From: Fibrobacter succinogenes subsp. succinogenes S85
GTDB lineage: Bacteria > Fibrobacterota > Fibrobacteria > Fibrobacterales > Fibrobacteraceae
DNA: 32,000 nt
Assembly: GCF_000146505.1 (NCBI RefSeq)
Contig: NC_017448.1
Coordinates: 1,680,001 to 1,712,000, forward strand
Direction: 5' to 3'
Shown: piece by piece, positions 17,689 through 25,445 of the stretch
Layout of the letters: each line of letters starts with the position of its first letter
Position numbering within the stretch: the stretch's first letter is position 1
Made by a program: the position numbers and the translations under genes
Notes under the pieces: model-generated
What the model was told of the DNA's origin: nothing
Seen by the model: only the letters and a program-made list of their open reading frames with translations
Database searches by the model: none

Positions 17689-18702
17689 ATGAAGAAGATT
17701 TTTTCAATTGCCGCCATTATCCTCGTTTTAACCGCTGTTTTTGCGTATTTCCACGTAAATCAACGGTTGAGCGCCGTTTCACTCAACGAAAATACCGTCA
17801 TTTTGGAGATTCCAAAGGGCAGTTCCCCCACAAAAGTTTTACAAATTTTACACGAAAAAGAGGTCTGGACAGACGACCTGGCGTTCAATTTGTGGTGCAA
17901 ACTGAACAAACCGGCCCTAAAAGCGGGCTGGTACGAGGTCCCCGCCCACCAGTCGCTTGATGAACTCACCGAGCTGTTCGAAAGCGGCAAAAACGCCGTC
18001 CGCAAGGTGACGATTCCCGAAGGTCGAGCCTCCTGGGAAATCCCCGCCTACCTCCAGAAAAGTTTCCCTAACCTTGACACGGCCCGTTGGAACAAACTAG
18101 TCCAGGACCCGAAGTTCGCCCGATCGCTCGGCATCGAAGGAAACTCTCTTGAAGGCTACCTGTTGCCGGACACGTACCCGTTCGCCATCAATTCCGATGA
18201 AGAATCCATACTGCGACAGATGGTCGCCGCAAACTTCAAGGTACGCGACGAAATGAAGGCACGCAAAAGCCCCATGTGGGATAAGCTTAAAAACTGGCAC
18301 CGCGTGTTGACACTTGCAAGCGTGGTCGAAGAAGAAACGGGCATCCCGGACGAACGTCCGCTCATTGCAGGCGTGTTCCATAACAGATTGGACATTGGCA
18401 TGCCGCTCGGAGCAGACCCGACGGTGCGGTTCATCTTCAAGAACTTGACAGGTCCCATCTACAAGAGCCAGTTGAACAGCGACAGCCCCTACAACACCCG
18501 CAAGTTTCCGGGACTGATGCCCGGCCCGATTTCAAATCCGGGTCGCAAGGCTATTGAAGCAACGCTTTTCCCGGCAAAGACGAGCGCACTTTACTTTGTA
18601 GCAAAAGACGATGGTTCACACACGCATTTCTTCAGCACGAACCTCGCCGATCACAACAAGTACAAGGACGTCGCCGCCAAGAACCGCGGCGAAAAGAAGT
18701 AG
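17689..18702 (+). CDS. mltG: Endolytic peptidoglycan transglycosylase MltG (YceG-like)
   Basis: N-terminal TM anchor MKKIFSIAAIILVLTAVFAYF. YceG-family motifs are LKAGWYEV, VTIPEGRASWEI, LEGYLLPDTY, ASVVEEETG, IAGVFHNRL, LGADPTV, YNTRKFPGLMPGPISNPG and YFVAKDDGSHTHFFSTNLADHN. The track ORF's upstream 165 codons are antisense to the neighbouring gene and were trimmed. Confidence 0.9.
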   Translation: MKKIFSIAAIILVLTAVFAYFHVNQRLSAVSLNENTVILEIPKGSSPTKVLQILHEKEVWTDDLAFNLWCKLNKPALKAGWYEVPAHQSLDELTELFESGKNAVRKVTIPEGRASWEIPAYLQKSFPNLDTARWNKLVQDPKFARSLGIEGNSLEGYLLPDTYPFAINSDEESILRQMVAANFKVRDEMKARKSPMWDKLKNWHRVLTLASVVEEETGIPDERPLIAGVFHNRLDIGMPLGADPTVRFIFKNLTGPIYKSQLNSDSPYNTRKFPGLMPGPISNPGRKAIEATLFPAKTSALYFVAKDDGSHTHFFSTNLADHNKYKDVAAKNRGEKK

Positions 18703-18715
18703 CGGCGGAGCCGCA

Positions 18716-18757
18716 GTGGTTGGTGGTTAGTGGTTAGTAGGAAGTAGGAAGTAGGAA
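18716..18757. repeat. Two abutting tandem heptamer arrays: GTGGTTG (GTGGTTA)x2 then (GTAGGAA)x3
   Basis: Six in-phase heptamers read directly from the sequence, in the 119-nt spacer between convergent mltG and the patatin-like gene. The array puts TAG in all three + strand frames. Confidence 0.85.
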
Positions 18758-18821
18758 GTTCTGAGAACGTAACGTCACCTCATACCCCAGAGCACCCGTA
18801 AGGGTGCGAGCCCATACCTAA

Positions 18822-21086
18822 CTAAAACAGATTGTAGTCACCGATGCGGATAAAGTATCTGTAGTTTTTGAATTCTCTCAAATCACCAAACGTTTCCGTA
18901 TCAACAACGCGGTTAAGGCCTGCGTAAACAGTAAACGAACGGTACTTATAGCGGAGCGCCGGTTCAAACACAAACTTATTTGAATTCAGCTTTGCTGTTG
19001 CCTTGTCTTCAAAATCGTGGACATACGCAAACGAAAGCCATGCGCCAAAGCCATGACGGTGAACACCACCGTTTAAGCGCAACATCGCATAACCATGCGT
19101 TGAAAGTTCTGGATCTTGCCAGTCCCCGGACCACGGCGTTGCCGCCACATGCAGGCGATAACGGTCTTCCATCGCGGGATTGTCAAAATTCTTGGGGTAC
19201 GCCATGCTGCCACCATCACGATAAGCATCAAAGCCCATAGCCATGCCCATCGTTATCGAAGCATTCCTAGCCGGTGAATAGGAGAGCCTTCCATCAAGAG
19301 TGTAAATCCCGTGAATCGGGCCTCTCTGGTGGAACCCGACCCCAATCAAGTTCATGCCAAGGCTTGCATTTGCGGCATAGCCCTTTGTGGCAAACCAGGG
19401 GTCATCTTCGCCATTCAACAACGAATAGTGAACACTCTGCGTCACCGGACTAGTCTCATAATTACTACTCGTATTCACGACGACATCGTCAAAGAAGTCT
19501 TCTTCGGGAATGGCGCTCGGAGCAAGTTCAAACTCGCGACTGCCAAACAGGAACTTGACCTCGACTGACTGCATTTTATCAATCGCGTATTTTGCAGACA
19601 GGAAAAGATCGTTACGCTTTTCAAACTTGATACGGTTCTCTTCAGGCACATTATCCTTCTCGAACGTCTTCAAAAAACACAACTTCATCAAGTCATAGCC
19701 AAAGCTAAATTTCCAGCGACGGTTAATCAAGTTCGAAAGCTCCAAACGCGGACGGAATCCGTAAGACGACGTCCCATAAAAGCCAGCCAACTTAAAACTG
19801 ATTTCCATCTGGTTGACGTAATTGAGAGCCACTTCACCATAGGCGTTAGCACCAATCACGTTAGAACCAAAGCCGCCCACCGCTACATCGACAGTCGGGT
19901 GAACGCCCACATCAATCAGGAGATCGCCTTCAGGCTGCATATTGAACGAGATTGTATCGTAAGGAGCCTTCGCCGTAATTGAATAAGCAAAGTTTGATGG
20001 AGCCACAAAGCCCGTATCTTCGGGACTCCAGTAAGAAGCAACCGCCGAATGGTGTTCCGACGAAAGACTGTCAAAAACAGGATTGAAGGCGAACCAAGCT
20101 TCGGACTTTTGCTTGTCCGTGTATTCCCTACGTCCATCAACCAACGGAATAATCTCGCGCAAACGACCTTCCACTGCCGAGAATCCCGCCTGAATCATGG
20201 ACTTGCGGGACGTATCGCGAATGGAATGCGCCCTCACAAACACGCCCTGCACATCACCCAGCTTTGACAAGACGTTGTTCTTAAGTTGACGCGTTTCAAC
20301 ATTGCCGTCCAAATCGTAACGAACGGGATCCGGCACAACGATAAGCACCGCTTCTTGCGGGTTCTTGACCAGGGGCAAAGCCAAGTACGGACAAAGTTCA
20401 CCGGACTTTTCATTCCCTGAAAGCGGGAGCGATGCGACAATATCGGCATAAGACGGATTTTCAATCACGCTATCGCAAGTCTGGAGCGTAAAGGGGATAC
20501 GATAGGAACCACGCTGGCGGTAAAGAGACTCCTCAAAGCGGAGGCGCGAAAGCGAACGTTCAATGGAAGCGGTATCGGGGACAAGCGCATGCATACTGCG
20601 ATAGACATTCCCTGCCGAATCCGCATAGAACGAAAACCTTTGGCGAAGCGTCGGGATACCCTCTATCGATAGCGGAATATCAAAACCGCTATGCTCTGTT
20701 TTATCATGGATCGTATTCGCCCCAACGAACTCAACAATCGAAGGATCCATCATCAAGCGCTGGATATCGTCAATCGAGACACCGAGCGACCAAAGCGCAC
20801 CCATCCAGGCGCCCCACGAAGTGGCGACAATGGAATCCACGGGAATCTTGTATTCTTCCAAAGCGTACAAAGCGCCCAAATGGAACCATGGCGAACGCTC
20901 GCCACCGCCGAGATAAAGCACAGACTTGGTCTTCTTGGCCTGCAGTGAATCGGGAACAAGCTGCATAGCGCTCAAAAGCGTTTCATCAGCGGAATGTGCC
21001 GCCTGGGCAGGCGCCACATAAACAGCAGCAATCGCCACTGCCAAAAGGAGCGTTTTTTTAAGCCAGCCGTGCGGGGTTGGAAACAT
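18822..21086 (-). CDS. Patatin-like phospholipase domain protein with a C-terminal outer-membrane beta-barrel (PlpD / type Vd-like architecture)
   Basis: Signal peptide ...VYVAPAQA/AHS. Patatin oxyanion motif LYLGGGERS and nucleophile elbow ATSWG (a variant of GxSxG). The C-terminal ~350 aa show alternating beta-strand-like sequence rich in G/Y/F and end in ...IRIGDYNLF, with the terminal aromatic typical of OMPs. Confidence 0.7.
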   Translation of the reverse strand: MFPTPHGWLKKTLLLAVAIAAVYVAPAQAAHSADETLLSAMQLVPDSLQAKKTKSVLYLGGGERSPWFHLGALYALEEYKIPVDSIVATSWGAWMGALWSLGVSIDDIQRLMMDPSIVEFVGANTIHDKTEHSGFDIPLSIEGIPTLRQRFSFYADSAGNVYRSMHALVPDTASIERSLSRLRFEESLYRQRGSYRIPFTLQTCDSVIENPSYADIVASLPLSGNEKSGELCPYLALPLVKNPQEAVLIVVPDPVRYDLDGNVETRQLKNNVLSKLGDVQGVFVRAHSIRDTSRKSMIQAGFSAVEGRLREIIPLVDGRREYTDKQKSEAWFAFNPVFDSLSSEHHSAVASYWSPEDTGFVAPSNFAYSITAKAPYDTISFNMQPEGDLLIDVGVHPTVDVAVGGFGSNVIGANAYGEVALNYVNQMEISFKLAGFYGTSSYGFRPRLELSNLINRRWKFSFGYDLMKLCFLKTFEKDNVPEENRIKFEKRNDLFLSAKYAIDKMQSVEVKFLFGSREFELAPSAIPEEDFFDDVVVNTSSNYETSPVTQSVHYSLLNGEDDPWFATKGYAANASLGMNLIGVGFHQRGPIHGIYTLDGRLSYSPARNASITMGMAMGFDAYRDGGSMAYPKNFDNPAMEDRYRLHVAATPWSGDWQDPELSTHGYAMLRLNGGVHRHGFGAWLSFAYVHDFEDKATAKLNSNKFVFEPALRYKYRSFTVYAGLNRVVDTETFGDLREFKNYRYFIRIGDYNLF

Positions 21087-22065
21087 ACCTACCTGCCTCT
21101 TCGGCAGTCACATAGTTAGAGCGAACAAGTTCTGCCAAGCAATCGTCCATCAAGAGCATGCCTTCAGATGAAGAGGAAGCCATCACGGACGTGAGCTTAA
21201 ACTGTTCGCCGCTGCGAATGTGAGCAGCCACGTTTTGCGTGTTAAAAAGGATTTCCCAGGCCGAAACGGCGCCACCGCCTTCAGCTGCAGCGGGCAAGAG
21301 TCTCTGCACGACAACAGCCTTGAGAGATGCCGCAAGCATGGTACGGACAAGGTCGCGATTTTCGGGAGTAGCTGCAGAAAGGAGAGCATCGACAACGCCA
21401 ACGGCGTTACCCGCCGTCACGTTCATGACCACCAAGGCGCCCGATTCTGCAGCACGTAAAATGGAAATCAACGACGAGCCGTCAAAATCGCCAAGCCAGA
21501 AAAGGTCCGTTCCGCTACGGAGGCCCTGTTCCAGCTTTTCGGAGGTCGAGCCGACCGTATTCACAAGCTTTAAGCTTTCACCCGTTTTCACAGGCAGTTC
21601 ACGGCTTTCATCCAAATCGCAGAACCGCAAAATGCCAGAACTGCACAAAGCCGAAACGTAAGACAGCGCCGAGACCGTTTTTCCAGAGCACGCTGGCCCT
21701 GCAAAAATCACGAGACCGGAACTGAGACCGAGCAGGCTATCGAGAGCCGCAGGCGCGCCAAGAGATGTAAAATCCGGACATTCGGCCATGAGCGGGCGGA
21801 ATATCACCGCATTGCCAAGCGCTTCGCGGAAGTACTTCACGCGCCACTTGGTGTTCACCCAAGGACCACCGACAAACGTTCCTGACTCGCCATCAATCGC
21901 GCCTAAAAATTCAAGCAAAGAGCCGAACGGGAGTGCTGTAGATTCGGGGACCGCACAGACGCGACCTGCAAAGCGGACCGCCGAAGGTGCGCCCTCGGTC
22001 ACAATCAATTCGCTTGCCCCGATGTTCAAGGCGTATTCCAAAAGAGATTCAATTTCTGATGCCAT
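21058..22065 (-). CDS. PilT-family (type IV pilus retraction ATPase-like) protein with degenerate Walker B and His box
   Basis: It appears colinear with PilT by eye: GASELIVTEGAPSAVRFAG (PilT: GASDLHL..G.PP..R..G). Walker A is GPACSGKT. The Asp-box region is ILRFCDLDE (PilT: ILTIEDPIE). Walker B is DLFWLGDFDG (PilT: DIILVGEMRD). The His box is ESGALVVMNVTA (PilT: ETGHLVFGTLHT). Confidence 0.75.
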   Translation of the reverse strand: MASEIESLLEYALNIGASELIVTEGAPSAVRFAGRVCAVPESTALPFGSLLEFLGAIDGESGTFVGGPWVNTKWRVKYFREALGNAVIFRPLMAECPDFTSLGAPAALDSLLGLSSGLVIFAGPACSGKTVSALSYVSALCSSGILRFCDLDESRELPVKTGESLKLVNTVGSTSEKLEQGLRSGTDLFWLGDFDGSSLISILRAAESGALVVMNVTAGNAVGVVDALLSAATPENRDLVRTMLAASLKAVVVQRLLPAAAEGGGAVSAWEILFNTQNVAAHIRSGEQFKLTSVMASSSSEGMLLMDDCLAELVRSNYVTAEEAGRYVSNPARLA

Positions 22066-22076
22066 GATGAACCTCG

Positions 22077-23723
22077 CTAAACCTTGCGGTAAGACGCAAA
22101 ACGGCGGCTGTCGTTTGCACGTTTCCAGGCTTCATTGCCTTCGATGTAACCGGATTCTACGCACATCTGCAAAGAATCGTCGAGCGTAATGCCTTGGTCT
22201 TTCTGATTGCTAATCGCAGAGAGGATCTGCGACACATCGCACTTGCGGATCATGCCCGCAATCGTCGACGTGACTTTCATCGCTTCGGTTGCAAGCACAA
22301 GACCCTGGTTTTGCACAGCAGGAATCAAGTGCTGCACGATGACGCCCTTGAGTTGTTCAGCAAGCGAGCATGCAAAGGCGGCTCGGTTCTCGCTCGGTAC
22401 AGACATGAGGAGGCGCGAAAGAAGCGCGTTGATATTATTGCCGCTTGCGACGGCAAATACGAGAGCGCCCGCGTTCGAAGCCTGCATGAGCAGGGAAAGT
22501 TCCTCCATCGTTTCGAGATGGTCAAAGAGAATCACGTCGGCGCCGGTGCGGATGGCAAGTTCGATGCCAGCGGCACCGGAGCGCACATGCAAGCCAACTT
22601 CGCGCTGGGCGATGGAGCCGTTCGGATTCTGGAGCAAGCGTTCAATCGGCTTTTCGACCGTCTGGATGAACACCTGGCGATTCGCAGCGATGCACTCGGC
22701 AAAGGCGGTCATCGTCGTGGAGCGGCCGCTCGACGACGGGCCAGCAATGAGTACAAGCCCGCTATTGAGCGTTGCAAACTGCATGCTGAATTCGGGCAAG
22801 TAAAGATTCTCGAGTGCCACCGATTCCATCGGAATGATGCGAATAGAAATGCTCGGCGTGACGTCGTTCCACGTCACGGAAATGCGGGCACGACCAACAC
22901 CCGGGAGACCCATAGTCTTACTGAAATTGCGGCCGACCACAATCTTGTAGCCGTCTGCAAAACCTTCGGCCGCTTCGGCCAGGCGGTCCATCAAATGCGT
23001 TTTTTCAAGCACTTTCTCAGACGCAATAAAGAGCTTGCCGGACTGGCGCATGGTAATCTGGCGGTCGGCGTAAAGGTAAACGTCCGTGACGTTAAACTTG
23101 CGGGCGTAAGCGATGATTTTTGCAAGCGGCGTAATCGGGTGCAAGACATCGGGAGCTTCAACGGCTTCGCCTTCGCCGGTAGCAACGGCGAACTGCGACG
23201 GAAGTTCTTCGGTCGCAGTTTCTTCGGCGGGCGTTTCGCTTTCGACCGGAACTTGCACGCTCGCCATGCTCGTCGTTTCGAGGCCTTCAACCTTTTCGAT
23301 GACGACCGTCGAAGAAGAGGCTTCGCCGTAAAGGCTGCTGTTGCCTTCAATCTTTATGGCGGGTTCTTCTTCCGGCTGCGGAGCAGGCGCGGCTGAAACT
23401 GCAGCGGGTGCAGGTTGCGCGGGAGCAGTGGGATGAGCCGAGGCCGAAGACTGTGCCGGCGTTGATGCGGATGGCGCGGGGGCTGCAGACGAGGCTGCCG
23501 CGGGCTTTTCAGCAGGTTTTGAAGCGGGCTTCGCATTTTTCGCTTCAAGGTTCTTCACAAATGCAAGAACCTTATCGTACATGGACTGTTTCAAGATTCC
23601 CGCACGAACAAGAACCTGACCGATATCCATCGAGTCGGAGATTTCGCCCCAGTGGGCCTTGACCTGGTCCTCGGACACAACCTTGTTGTGTACAAGAACC
23701 TTTGCCATGTACTGATTTCTCAT
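22077..23723 (-). CDS. PilT/GspE-superfamily protein with all catalytic motifs degenerate, an N-terminal T2SSE_N/MshEN-like domain and a low-complexity linker
   Basis: The C-terminal ~350 aa are PilT-like. Walker A is GPSSSGRST (Lys to Arg). The Asp box is FIQTVEKPIE. Walker B is DVILFDHLET. The His box is NAGALVFAVASGNN. The N-terminus MAKVLVHNKVVSEDQVKAHWGEISDSMDIGQVLVRAGILKQSMYDKVLAFV resembles the GspE/MshE N-domain repeat. Residues ~61-190 are Ala/Pro/Ser/Thr/Glu-rich. The start ATG overlaps the permease stop (ATGA); Met6 (23708) is an alternative start. Confidence 0.75.
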   Translation of the reverse strand: MRNQYMAKVLVHNKVVSEDQVKAHWGEISDSMDIGQVLVRAGILKQSMYDKVLAFVKNLEAKNAKPASKPAEKPAAASSAAPAPSASTPAQSSASAHPTAPAQPAPAAVSAAPAPQPEEEPAIKIEGNSSLYGEASSSTVVIEKVEGLETTSMASVQVPVESETPAEETATEELPSQFAVATGEGEAVEAPDVLHPITPLAKIIAYARKFNVTDVYLYADRQITMRQSGKLFIASEKVLEKTHLMDRLAEAAEGFADGYKIVVGRNFSKTMGLPGVGRARISVTWNDVTPSISIRIIPMESVALENLYLPEFSMQFATLNSGLVLIAGPSSSGRSTTMTAFAECIAANRQVFIQTVEKPIERLLQNPNGSIAQREVGLHVRSGAAGIELAIRTGADVILFDHLETMEELSLLMQASNAGALVFAVASGNNINALLSRLLMSVPSENRAAFACSLAEQLKGVIVQHLIPAVQNQGLVLATEAMKVTSTIAGMIRKCDVSQILSAISNQKDQGITLDDSLQMCVESGYIEGNEAWKRANDSRRFASYRKV

Positions 23724-24529
23724 AAGAAATCCCTCCGGCTAAACCACCAACTTGCGATGGCCAAGAACACGCCGATATAACCAAGTGCATAGACGCTGTT
23801 CCAGAACACGTACATGTCCGGGAGCGCTACCCCATGCACCACATAGTTCGTCACGTTAAAGCGATAAAGTCCAGGGAATACGGCGTGAATCACGACCGCC
23901 GCCTTTTCAAGAATTGCAGAAGAAGTTCCCTGCAGTTCGCCCATGCGGCTTGCAAACTTGACCTGTTCCATAAGCTGGTCGCTCAAGTGGCCCGCAAAGT
24001 AAACGCCAAGCGTAAAGAGCGCAGAAAGCACCGTGCTACTGAAATTGCTGAACAGGAGTGCGACAGCAATCACGACTGCCATTTCACAGAAGATGAGGTA
24101 AATCGCCGTCAATAAGCTCAATGTCGGGCTAGAATTTGTAATCCACAGAATCGCATAATAGATTCCCGTGAGGAGCGTCAGGTGAACGGCAACAACCGCC
24201 AAAAGTCCAAAGTACTTGCCCACGATAAACGCGGCACGGCTAATAGGCTTTGACAAAAGCGTGAGCACTGTGCGCCGCTGGATTTCCTTTTGCACAAGGC
24301 TAATGCCCACAAATATGGAAATCAGAAGACCCGAAAGGCTCATCACCGAAAGCGTCGTAGACTTGATGACGTAAGCGCGGTCAAACACCGACCACTCGCC
24401 AAGCACAATGCTAAAAAGCGTAAGTGCAATCGCCAAAAAGTCAATGTTATAAAGAATCTTGTCGCGAATGGATTCGCGGAACGTATTGAGGGCAATAATG
24501 CCGATATGCTTAAGCGTCTGCACGGGCAA
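23720..24529 (-). CDS. ABC-2 type transporter permease (NosY/GldF-like, 6 TM)
   Basis: 269-aa polytopic membrane protein with a typical ABC-2 N-terminus (IALNTFRESIRDKILYN...) and the motif EIQRRTVLTLLSKPISRAAFIVGKY. It overlaps the ABC ATPase gene by 20 nt. Confidence 0.75.
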   Translation of the reverse strand: MPVQTLKHIGIIALNTFRESIRDKILYNIDFLAIALTLFSIVLGEWSVFDRAYVIKSTTLSVMSLSGLLISIFVGISLVQKEIQRRTVLTLLSKPISRAAFIVGKYFGLLAVVAVHLTLLTGIYYAILWITNSSPTLSLLTAIYLIFCEMAVVIAVALLFSNFSSTVLSALFTLGVYFAGHLSDQLMEQVKFASRMGELQGTSSAILEKAAVVIHAVFPGLYRFNVTNYVVHGVALPDMYVFWNSVYALGYIGVFLAIASWWFSRRDFL

Positions 24530-25445
24530 TTTCCTCCGTCAAAATATCTTCGAGACTCGGACGCTTGTGGTCCATCTTTTCTACGGCAATCCCATTCGAG
24601 AGACAGAAGCCGAGCAAACGATCGCGGGCGACATCGTCAGCGCAGATGTATTCTTGCGGGTGACCCGTTGCAGAAACACCGCGAGGCAAGTCCGCTTCCA
24701 AAATCGCCTGGCGCGTCCGCACATGATATTCCACACCGCAGGATTCCGTGATTTCATCGACGGTCCCTTCGCGGACAATCTTGCCATCGACAATCATCGC
24801 CACGCGGTGGCTGATGCTTTCCACGTCGCTCAATAAATGGCTCGAATAGAAAATCGTCACGCCATCGCGGTTGAGCTGCTGGATAGCCTCGCGCACGTCA
24901 CGACGACCCATCGGGTCCAGGCCGCTCATCGGTTCGTCGAGAATCAAAAGCTTCGGCTTGCCAAGAATCGCCTGGGCAATCCCCACGCGCTGCATCATGC
25001 CCTTGGAATACGAACGCAAGCGGCGGTCGATCCAGTCCTTGTTTGCGTGCAAAAGTTCAAGCGCCCAGCCAATACGGGATTCGAGTTCCGCGCCCTTGAG
25101 GCCCACAAGCTTTCCGTAAAAACGCAAAAGTTCACGACCCGAGAGATAATCGTAAAAATACGGCTGTTCCGGAGAATAACCGATATACTGGCGGCTCTTC
25201 ACATCGCGCGGGCTGATGCCGTTTACAAGCACCTTGCCCGAATCAAAATTCAAAAGTCCTGTCAGAACCTTGATAGTGGTGGACTTGCCCGCCCCGTTAG
25301 GTCCAATAAATCCATACACCTTGCCCGCTTCGACATTGAAGCTCACGTCCTTGAGCGCAAGCTTCGGCTTCATCGTAAAGCCACTGCGATACGTCTTGTG
25401 CAGGTGTTCAATTTCAATCATCAAATCACTCATACACGCAATCAC
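24510..25445 (-). CDS. ABC transporter ATP-binding protein (ABC-2/GldA/NatA-like, with C-terminal accessory domain)
   Basis: All motifs are intact: Walker A GPNGAGKST, Q-loop YSPEQ, signature YSKGMMQRV, Walker B LLILDEPMSGLD and H-loop YSSHLL. The start is either GTG at 25445 (GTGA overlap with the upstream stop) or ATG at 25433 (MSDLMIEIEHL). Confidence 0.9.
   Translation of the reverse strand: MIACMSDLMIEIEHLHKTYRSGFTMKPKLALKDVSFNVEAGKVYGFIGPNGAGKSTTIKVLTGLLNFDSGKVLVNGISPRDVKSRQYIGYSPEQPYFYDYLSGRELLRFYGKLVGLKGAELESRIGWALELLHANKDWIDRRLRSYSKGMMQRVGIAQAILGKPKLLILDEPMSGLDPMGRRDVREAIQQLNRDGVTIFYSSHLLSDVESISHRVAMIVDGKIVREGTVDEITESCGVEYHVRTRQAILEADLPRGVSATGHPQEYICADDVARDRLLGFCLSNGIAVEKMDHKRPSLEDILTEEIARADA

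Noticed and set aside
18716-18757. Heptamer arrays as a CRISPR array or telomere-like repeat
   Set aside because: The units are 7 nt with no spacers, far too short for CRISPR. GGTTAG resembles a permuted TTAGGG only superficially, and isolated TTAGGG hexamers elsewhere (17087, 25943, 26643) fit chance expectation in 32 kb.
22194-23396. 400-aa + strand ORF (and 22207-22803) opposite the long PilT-like gene
   Set aside because: The translation is Arg/Gly/His/Phe-rich and low in complexity, and it is antisense to a frame that carries the PilT-family architecture. The A/P-rich linker region naturally stays open in several frames.
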